From a bacterium (GTDB lineage: Bacteria; Hydrothermota; UBA3073; JACQXS01; JAQTXJ01): a stretch of 64,000 bases of DNA. Below are positions 39,465-46,920 of the stretch, in pieces. Each line of letters starts with the position of its first letter. Positions within the stretch are counted from its first letter, which is position 1. Both the position numbers and the translations under genes were made by a program. The stretch is taken from NCBI GenBank assembly GCA_041649255.1, contig JBAZNK010000015.1, forward strand, positions 17,361 to 81,360. Direction: 5' to 3'. The notes below the pieces were generated by a model. It saw only the letters and a program-made list of their open reading frames with translations, was not told the DNA's origin and did no database searches.

Positions 39465-40964
39465 TTATTTCAACAGGGTAAGTTTTTGGGTAGTTTTTGT
39501 CCCATTTGCATTCAGTATTAGAAAATACATTCCCGCTTTTAGTTCTTTTACGCGCAAAGTAATACTGTAACTCCCGGCTTTTTTCTCTTCGTTCACAAGT
39601 GTTTTCACGCAACTACCGGAAATGTCATAAAGAGTCAACGAAGCTTTACCCGTCATAGGTATTTTGTATTTGATAATTGTCGACTGTTTAAAAGGATTCT
39701 GTCCTATTTTTAATTCCAAAATCCGCACTCTAAAATCTAAATTTGCCTGTTCTTCTTCCCCTACCCATGTCCCAAAAGCATAAATGTATCCATCCTGTGA
39801 AGTAACAAAAACCATTCCATTAGAAATAGCAGGAGTAGACGTAATATATCCTCCTGTAGCATAACTCCATAAGACATTGCCTGTGCTTTTATCAAGACAA
39901 TACAAATCCTTTCCATTTACATATCCCGTTCCGACATAAATCTTTCCATTTCCGCTCAATGAAGCAGCTCCGACTCCGCAATGTCCTCCCAATGATGCAC
40001 TTGTCCAGCTTAACGCTCCGCTTGTTGCGTTTCTACAGTAAGTTTTCCCGATTTCGTGTCCATAATATATTTTATCCCCTTCAATAGATACGCAGGATGG
40101 GTCACCGCTATATCCCGGCGCTGAACGCTCTGACCATATAAGTTCTCCGCTCGAAGAAGCAGGAGACTCATTCATACAATACAACCACCCATCGTCCACC
40201 GAACCATATACTTTCCCGTCTCCTATACTCACAGATTGGTGTGTTGTATGACTTGCAGCAGTGTATTCCCACTGAAGGTCGGGTGTTGAGGAAAATTCTT
40301 TATACGCATAAAATGTCGTAGGCTGGTCTCCGGCAAAAATAGAAGCTCCTACTATTACAAGGCTGTCTTTAACTGCCGGGACTACCCCGTGTCCATACAT
40401 CAAATTAGGATTAGACGGAGTTATCTCCCATATAAACGCGCCTGTATTTGCGTTCAGACACCACATATAATTCTGGTACATAGCCCCAAAGAAAACTCTA
40501 TCGTCGGAAACAGTAGGTCCGGCTTCGATTTTACCTCCACTGTGATAAAACCAAATAGAATCTCCCGTATTTGCATCAAGACAATACATATCCCCGCCCC
40601 AGGTTCCAACATATACTTTTCCATTAACCACTGCAGGCGATGAAAATATTGTATCCTCTAATTGTTTAGTCCATATAGGAGCTCCACCATTATGGTCAAA
40701 ACAATATACACGACGATTAGTCGAACCAACGTAAACTTTTCCGTTTACTACCGCCGGTGATGACATATGAATATATTCCCAGCTGTTTCCTAAAGCAGTT
40801 CCTATCGGATAGCTCCATCCAAGTGTACCCGTTTCCGGACCGGCATCAGTTGTAAACGAAGTATGCGCCGGGTCGTGATACATCTGCGGCCAGTCTGAAG
40901 CAAGGACTAATGTTGCACTAATCTGTAAAAAGATTATTCCAAAACATACAACTACTTTTTTCAT
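39465..40964 (-). CDS. PQQ-like beta-propeller repeat protein with T9SS C-terminal domain
   Basis: Signal peptide, then repeated ..SSPAVVNGKVYVG(S/T)..(V/M)YC(F/L)D..G..(I/L)W.. blades. The C-terminus ..QNPFKQSTIIKY..LYDISGSCV..GMYFLIL..LTLLK is a T9SS CTD. Confidence 0.8.
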   Translation of the reverse strand: MKKVVVCFGIIFLQISATLVLASDWPQMYHDPAHTSFTTDAGPETGTLGWSYPIGTALGNSWEYIHMSSPAVVNGKVYVGSTNRRVYCFDHNGGAPIWTKQLEDTIFSSPAVVNGKVYVGTWGGDMYCLDANTGDSIWFYHSGGKIEAGPTVSDDRVFFGAMYQNYMWCLNANTGAFIWEITPSNPNLMYGHGVVPAVKDSLVIVGASIFAGDQPTTFYAYKEFSSTPDLQWEYTAASHTTHQSVSIGDGKVYGSVDDGWLYCMNESPASSSGELIWSERSAPGYSGDPSCVSIEGDKIYYGHEIGKTYCRNATSGALSWTSASLGGHCGVGAASLSGNGKIYVGTGYVNGKDLYCLDKSTGNVLWSYATGGYITSTPAISNGMVFVTSQDGYIYAFGTWVGEEEQANLDFRVRILELKIGQNPFKQSTIIKYKIPMTGKASLTLYDISGSCVKTLVNEEKKAGSYSITLRVKELKAGMYFLILNANGTKTTQKLTLLK

Positions 40965-40977
40965 ATCCTCCTCCTAT

Positions 40978-41445
40978 TTATTTTTCGTTTGCTATTTTAT
41001 ACATTTTCTCTAAAAGACTAAGCAACTTCTTTGCATCTTTCACCGGCAGTTGTGTAGCAGGCGAATTCCCGTATATCCTATTCCAGGAAGGTAATTTTTT
41101 CAGTATTCCCTTTCCTTTGTCTGTAAGTCGAACCCTTACGATTCTTCTGATTTTGGGGTCCACTTTCCTCTTGACCAATCCTTTTTTTACCATACCTTCA
41201 ACAATTCCGGTAAGATTACTTTTTGTGCAAGAAAGATGCTCTTTCAATTTATAGAACGGAACATTATCTTCTTTTTGCAAGAGTCTGAGTATTTTATTCT
41301 GGGGAGGCGTAAGGTTATGTTTCGCTGTTTTCTCTTCCCATCTTTTATATATGAGTTTTTCGAGCCACATTATAAGGGAATCTATTCTTAATGCTTCATC
41401 ATTGGGAAGTAACTCCGTTTTAGATACACGATGTTTTTTCTTCAT
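40978..41445 (-). CDS. MarR-family winged-helix transcriptional regulator
   Basis: 155 aa. ..LTPPQNKILRLL..LKEHLSCTKSNLTGIVEGMVKKGLVKRKVDPKIRRIVRVRLTDKG.. is a typical MarR wHTH. There are 13 nt to the next gene. Confidence 0.75.
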   Translation of the reverse strand: MKKKHRVSKTELLPNDEALRIDSLIMWLEKLIYKRWEEKTAKHNLTPPQNKILRLLQKEDNVPFYKLKEHLSCTKSNLTGIVEGMVKKGLVKRKVDPKIRRIVRVRLTDKGKGILKKLPSWNRIYGNSPATQLPVKDAKKLLSLLEKMYKIANEK

Positions 41446-41553
41446 AATCTGATATAATCTAAAAATAGTTAAGTACTAAACTGTTTAATAATTAACTAAC
41501 TATAACTATGTAACTTTATTGATTATTTGTCAAGGGGTTTTTATAAATATGTG

Positions 41554-41585
41554 GGGTAGATAGGATGACGTCATCCTATCTACCC
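41554..41585. repeat. 32-nt perfect palindrome centred on TGACGTCA, just 3' of a T9SS gene
   Basis: GGGTAGATAGGATGACGTCATCCTATCTACCC lies 10 nt after the stop at 41596. Confidence 0.6.
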
Positions 41586-41595
41586 TAACAATGAT

Positions 41596-43317
41596 TTATT
41601 TCAGCAGGGTAAGTTTTTGTGTAAAGCTTCTATTGCCGCAGATAAGTTTAGCGAAGTATATACCCGGGGGTAGATTTTTTGCATCCAGATTAAAATTATA
41701 ACTCCCGGCTTGTTTTTCTTCGTTTATGAATGTTTTTACAAGCCTCCCTCCTATGTCGTAAATCTTCAACGAGGTTTTAGTCTTGGCAGGCAGTTGATAT
41801 GAAATTGTCGCATAAGAAACAAAAGGATTGGGAGTGATTTTCATATTTGTTTTATATTCGTTAGGGATTTCCGAAACAGCCGGCACATCCACGAAAAAAG
41901 TAATGGTTGTCGTATCATTGCTTAAATTATTGTCCCCCGGATATGTTGTTACGGCTGTTAAAGTAAGAGTATCCGGCGTTTGAGATAAACACTTTTTCGT
42001 AAAGATAATATTTTTTGTTTCCGTGAAGTTGAGGTCAGTAAAAGCGCTATCTTCGTAACATCCCGTAATTTTTATCTTTACCCCGTTAAGAGGTTTAAGT
42101 CCGAAGTTTGATACTTCCAGTATGATATCCAAACTATCCCCGATATTGTATTTAACCTGATTCTGCGGACTTACGAATTTAATTATTCCCGCATCGGTAT
42201 CGGGAAGTGTTTCAAAAATATTATTAAGTCCCATTTTTGCGAGGTAACTGCTCACCCAGCACATATCTTCCGTATCCGGATCCTGTGTGGTAGAAGTTAT
42301 TCCCCCGTCAAAGTCAGTATCATAAGACAAAAGGACATCCGTAAGAAATTTATGTTTATTTTTATATTTTGTATCCCTTGATATTTCATACATTGCGTAA
42401 TGTGCGTTGCAGTATGCGACATTCCACGCATTATCCCAGTTATACCCGTCTCCGCAATCACGCCATACCTGAAAAGTATCAACATAACTTCCATTAGTAT
42501 CAATCCATGCTTTTCCGCGTATCGTATCCTCCCGAAAAGTTGAATTACATATTCCCCAAACTATAGTTCCGCTTGACATAGCCCATGTTTCTTCCGACAA
42601 GCGCAGTTGTGTGCTCAGTGTTATCCAGTACATAAGTCTTTCGCCGTATGTTGCTGCGCTATCCATCCAATTATTATTATTTCTTAGTGCCCCATATTGA
42701 TAAAGGTTCCCGGCTGCCCATCCCGTTACGAATGAGTTAATGTATTTATATGAAGGGTGATAAATATTCAGCGGATGACTCATAATATAATCAGCGCAGG
42801 AATCAGCAAATCCATAATACGAGGAATCTCCATAGGTTTCAGAATAAACTTCCGCAGCAGTGAGCGCCCACGCAGAGTTGTGAACACGGTAATAATCGTA
42901 CTCCACGGCGCCTTCTTCTTCCCACGGCGGGTACCTATCACAATAGATTTTTGCATTTCTGATATTAGTACTGAATTTCGCAGTATCTCCCGTAAGTTGT
43001 CCGTATCTTGCCCAGACCCAGATAGCTTCGAGCGTATTATCCGTCTGTATAATGTTTGCGAGTGCTCCTGCTTCAGCTTCAATCATCCCGCCGAAATTGG
43101 TATCTGCAGGATTTGTGACCTGCCATTTCGTAAGAAAGTCTGCAGTTCGAGCAAATTCTGCAGGATAACTGTGTCTCTTGGAAAGAAGAAGTGTATCTAA
43201 CGTTTTATTGATTTTTCTACTTGTGTAGTATCCCGGATAATCAATCGGAATAGTTGCGTATACAGGAGTACATAAGATTATTTCTAATAAGAAAAAAAAC
43301 GGCAGTTTTATCTTCAC
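41596..43317 (-). CDS. Secreted hypothetical protein with Ig-like (CARDB-type) module and T9SS C-terminal domain
   Basis: 573 aa with a signal peptide. The Trp/Tyr-rich N-domain is of unknown family. The C-terminus ..PNPFVSYATISY..IYDIGGRLV..GIYFAKL..LTLLK is a T9SS CTD. Its start overlaps the YHS gene stop by 4 nt. Confidence 0.65.
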   Translation of the reverse strand: MKIKLPFFFLLEIILCTPVYATIPIDYPGYYTSRKINKTLDTLLLSKRHSYPAEFARTADFLTKWQVTNPADTNFGGMIEAEAGALANIIQTDNTLEAIWVWARYGQLTGDTAKFSTNIRNAKIYCDRYPPWEEEGAVEYDYYRVHNSAWALTAAEVYSETYGDSSYYGFADSCADYIMSHPLNIYHPSYKYINSFVTGWAAGNLYQYGALRNNNNWMDSAATYGERLMYWITLSTQLRLSEETWAMSSGTIVWGICNSTFREDTIRGKAWIDTNGSYVDTFQVWRDCGDGYNWDNAWNVAYCNAHYAMYEISRDTKYKNKHKFLTDVLLSYDTDFDGGITSTTQDPDTEDMCWVSSYLAKMGLNNIFETLPDTDAGIIKFVSPQNQVKYNIGDSLDIILEVSNFGLKPLNGVKIKITGCYEDSAFTDLNFTETKNIIFTKKCLSQTPDTLTLTAVTTYPGDNNLSNDTTTITFFVDVPAVSEIPNEYKTNMKITPNPFVSYATISYQLPAKTKTSLKIYDIGGRLVKTFINEEKQAGSYNFNLDAKNLPPGIYFAKLICGNRSFTQKLTLLK

Positions 43318-43631
43318 CGCTCTCTATTCTCCACTTTTCTCTTTTCCCTACTATAAATATATTTCACTGGATGTTTTAAAAACTCAGTTTCACATTTCTG
43401 TGAACAAAAATAATAATTTTTATCAACATATTTTAACTTTAGAGAGTGCGACTTATATACTTCCGTTCCACATACAGGGTCCATATCCCTTATTGATGTA
43501 TCCTCTTCTTCTTGTTTTTGGGGCGGCGACTTTTCTTCTTTTTCTTTTTTATTCAAATTAAGATAAGCACATCCCGCTAACATGCAAATAGTCCCACATA
43601 AAAACAAACTCAATGCTATTTTTTTCAACAT
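43314..43631 (-). CDS. YHS-domain lipoprotein (putative metal-binding)
   Basis: Lipobox MLAGC, then DPVCGTEV..KYVDKNYYFCSQKCETEFLKHP, which matches the YHS/TRASH-type Cys motif. Confidence 0.7.
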   Translation of the reverse strand: MLKKIALSLFLCGTICMLAGCAYLNLNKKEKEEKSPPQKQEEEDTSIRDMDPVCGTEVYKSHSLKLKYVDKNYYFCSQKCETEFLKHPVKYIYSREKRKVENRER

Positions 43632-43695
43632 TGTTCTTCTTCCCCAAAACCCCTTAAGTTAGGGGCGAAGCTATTAGCCCCGCCCCTATTTATTC

Positions 43696-44706
43696 CTATT
43701 TCAAAGACATTATTTTACTAACATTTTTGTGACTTCCGGTATTTACTACACAGAAATATATACCGTTTCCTATTTTATTACCCAATTCATTTTCCCCGTT
43801 CCAGTATGCAGTATACGAGCCTGCATCCTGTTCGCCATTCACAATTTGTTTCACCAATTTACCGGTTACGTCATAAATACCTACACTGACTTTTTCTTTG
43901 TTTTCAATTGAATAAAAAACATTGGTATTTGAAGTAAACGGATTCGGCGATACCTTTACGCTAAATGTATTCTTGTCAGAGTTTTCTTCCACAGCTACAT
44001 TCATAACGGAGGTTTTTGCACCTTGACACACTTGTACACCTTTTCCCGAAGTCTTCTGGTACCAAACAACTATATTACAGTTGCTGACATTCCAGCCCGA
44101 ACTTATTGTAAAATTCTGTGATACGTCAGTAGAAGCCCCTACCGATAGATTCTTGGTAGTACCGCCATAAGGTATTATAACTCTTGCTACGTCGTAATAC
44201 GTAGACCCCGAATACGAAATGTTAGTCTCGGTAATCAGTACGTGAACAACTCCCGTTAGAGAAGTCCCCGATACGTTCACAATGTGAGCCTTAACCGTAC
44301 CGGTCTTTGCTCCTGAATTATAAAAAGTCCCTGCTAAACTTATCGTTACTTTCGGTATAGTGTCTTTACGCATATCAAAATAACCTCTACTATTAGCATA
44401 ACTTGGACTCGCCTGGAAAGCCCACCCATCGTATATTACCGTTGGAGTTCCCTGGATGCCATAATAATTATATGCCCTGTTATAAAAATCGCTCACATAA
44501 AAAGGATCGCTGGAACTACAATGATAAGCCACTACTATTAATGTATCTTTTGCTTCCTGTGATAATTGATGCAGCCCCGCTGCAGTCGTTGGGCAGTATG
44601 TTCAGTTAGTTGCAGTGAACTCCTCAAATACCATAACTCTTTGCACTGCCAAGACCGAACTTGCCAAAACCGCCAACATACAAAAAATCCCTAAACCTTT
44701 ACGCAT
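43696..44706 (-). CDS. Candidate selenoprotein: secreted thioredoxin-fold (UxxC) protein with T9SS C-terminal domain, paralog 1
   Basis: The hand translation extends the track ORF (43696..44532) upstream in frame: AGGAGGAAAT-ATG(44706) MRKGLGIFCMLAVLASSVLAVQRVMVFEEFTATN-TGA(44604..44602)-TYCPTTAAGLHQL..VVAYH... It has a signal peptide, a UxxC motif, a hairpin 17 nt after the TGA, and the C-terminal CTD ..SPNPFTSNTNVFY..IYDVTGKLV..GIYFCVV.. Confidence 0.7.
44570..44584 (-). promoter_or_regulatory. SECIS-like hairpin of paralog 1
   Basis: The mRNA reads UGA + 17 nt + UGCAGC GGG GCUGCA (6-bp stem, G-rich loop). The sequence and spacing are conserved in paralog 2. Confidence 0.5.
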
Positions 44707-44834
44707 ATTTCCTCCTATATTTTTTTAACACAACATCTTCCTATAAAATATAACAACACCTCTCAGCAACAATTGTTACTCCCTCCTTAAAATAACAATA
44801 TTTTAATTAACCGTCACTGTCCAAAATTTTGTAC

Positions 44835-45836
44835 TTATTTGATTGATAATATTTTACTAACATTTTTGTGACTTCCGGCATTTACTACACAGAAATATAT
44901 ACCGGTTCCCATCTTATTCCCCAATTCATTTTTCCCGTTCCAGTATGCAGTATAAGAGCCTGCATCCTGTTCTTCATTCACAAGTTGTTTCACCAATTTA
45001 CCGGTTACGTCATAAATACCTACACTGACTTTTTCTTTGTTTTCGATTGAATAAAAAACATTGGTATTTGAAGTAAACGGATTCGGTGATACCTTCACGG
45101 CAAATGTATTCTTGTTTGAGTTTTCTTCCGCAGCTATACTCGTAACAGGTATTTTAGCTCCCTGGTATATTTCTCCGGTTGAAGTATTCTGGACAAAAGC
45201 AACTATACTGCAATTAGATGGATTCCAACCTCCGCCCGAACTGATTACGAAGTATTTTGTCGAATCAAGAGAGGCACCTGCGGCTAAGGATACCGGGCTT
45301 CCGGCTGCGCGAAGCAGGTCTCTTGCTACGTCATAATAACCAGAAAGATTTGTTTCGGTGATTGCAATGTAAAGTAATCCGCTTATTGAAACACCGGAAA
45401 CGTTTGTGATATGCGCAGTAACGTACCCGTTTCTTGCCGACGAGTTATAGTAAGAATTAGAAAGGTCTATCGTTAATTGGGGTGCAACGACCTTTCGGGT
45501 ATTAAAATCGGTTCTAAAAGTACTGTATGTCGTACCGGTTCTTCCTATTATACCGTCACACACCGTAGTAGGGGTGCCTGACACACCATAATCATTTGCC
45601 CTTTTAGCATGTTCGGTTGTATAAAAAGTTTGACCCGATACGGGAAAATATGAAACAACAGCTAAAGAATCCCCTACTTCTCCTGCTAATTGATGCAGCG
45701 CCGCTGCAGTCGCTGGGCAGGACGGTCAAGCCGTACTGGTAAATTCTTCTACTATAACTACTCTTTTCACTGCCGATGCCTGACTTATCAAAGTCATCAT
45801 TATGCAGGCAATTCCTAAAAAGACGTTCTTACGCAT
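44835..45836 (-). CDS. Candidate selenoprotein: secreted thioredoxin-fold (UxxC) protein with T9SS C-terminal domain, paralog 2
   Basis: The hand translation extends the track ORF (44835..45584) upstream in frame: AGGAGGAAGT-ATG(45836) MRKNVFLGIACIMMTLISQASAVKRVVIVEEFTSTA-TGA(45728..45726)-PSCPATAAALHQL..VVSYF... It has the same architecture as paralog 1. There are 16 nt between the selD stop and this start. Confidence 0.7.
45694..45708 (-). promoter_or_regulatory. SECIS-like hairpin of paralog 2
   Basis: The mRNA reads UGA + 17 nt + UGCAGC GGC GCUGCA, followed by the same UCAAUUA as in paralog 1. Confidence 0.5.
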
Positions 45837-45852
45837 ACTTCCTCCTACCTGA

Positions 45853-46911
45853 CTAACAAAAGTCAGGATTTATTACTATTTTCCCTTTCGGTTTATTTAT
45901 CACTTCGCCAATAATAGTCACATCTTTTATCCCGGCTTTTCTCATTTTCTTAACCATATTATCAACTTTATTCTTAGAAACACATATCAACAATCCACCT
46001 GAAGTCTGGGGGTCAAACAAAACATCTTTTTTCCAGTCGGGGATTTTATCAGACATTTCCACAAATTTTATTCTAAATTCTTTATTGCGATAAGCTCCCC
46101 CCGGAACCATTCCCATTTTCGCAAATTCTTCAACTCCGTTAAAAATAGGAATTTTATTGATATCCAGTTTTACACCAACCTTTTTCTCTCCGGCAATCAT
46201 CTCGCAAATATGCCCGATAAGACCAAATCCCGTTATATCAGTGCAGGCGTTCACACCCGTTTCCTGCGCAATTTCAGAAGCAATCTTGTTCAAAGTAGTC
46301 ATTGACTTAATTATTTCATTTATACTTTCATTAGACGCCAAATTAGCTTTAATTGCCGTGCTGATTATTCCTGTACCTAATGGTTTCGTAAGCACTATAC
46401 CATCCCCTGTTTTCGCGCCCGTATTTCTGATTACTTTACCGGGATGAATCGTTCCTGTAACGGAAAGTCCGTATTTTAATTCCGAATCTTCAACACTATG
46501 TCCACCAACAAGCGTCACTTCAGCTTCTTTAAGTTTTGCCAACCCACCTTCCAATATCTTTTTAAGAACGGATATGTCCAATTTACTCACAGGGAATCCA
46601 ACAATATTCATTGCCACAATAGGTTTTCCACCCATAGCATAAACATCGGAAAGAGCATTAGCCGCAGCAATTTGTCCAAACAGATATGGGTCATCAACGA
46701 TAGGAGTAAAAAAGTCTATTGTCTGCACGATAGCAATATCGTCAGTTAACTTATAAACACCGGCATCTTCTGCGTTTTCAAAACCGGCAATAAGATTTTT
46801 ATTTTTTTTCTGAATCAACCCGCACAATGCCTTATCCAGTACACCTGGACCTAATTTAGCCGCTCAGCCACCGCCTTTGCTGTACTGTGTTAATTTAAAG
46901 TCATCGTTCAT
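45853..46911 (-). CDS. selD: Selenide, water dikinase (selenophosphate synthetase), Sec-containing form
   Basis: The track ORF (45853..46827, TTG start) lacks the N-terminus. Upstream in frame: ATG(46911) MNDDFKLTQYSKGGG-TGA(46866..46864)-AAKLGPGVLDKAL-CGLIQ... This aligns with the E. coli SelD N-terminus [22 protein letters not shown], with U at the catalytic Cys17 position. The rest (..IVQTIDFFTPIVDDPYLFGQIAAANALSDVYAMGGKP..) is typical SelD. Confidence 0.9.
46835..46849 (-). promoter_or_regulatory. SECIS-like hairpin of selD
   Basis: The mRNA reads UGA + 14 nt + UCCAG GUGUA CUGGA (5-6 bp stem, GU-containing apical loop). Confidence 0.45.
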
Positions 46912-46920
46912 TACACTCCC

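Noticed and set aside
43696-46911. An alternative genetic code (UGA = Trp or Gly) as the explanation for the three in-frame TGAs.
   Set aside because: TGA ends ispH (15861..15863) and the LysR gene (49039..49041) at the expected protein lengths. The in-frame TGAs align with catalytic Cys positions (SelD Cys17; first Cys of CxxC), not with Trp or Gly positions.
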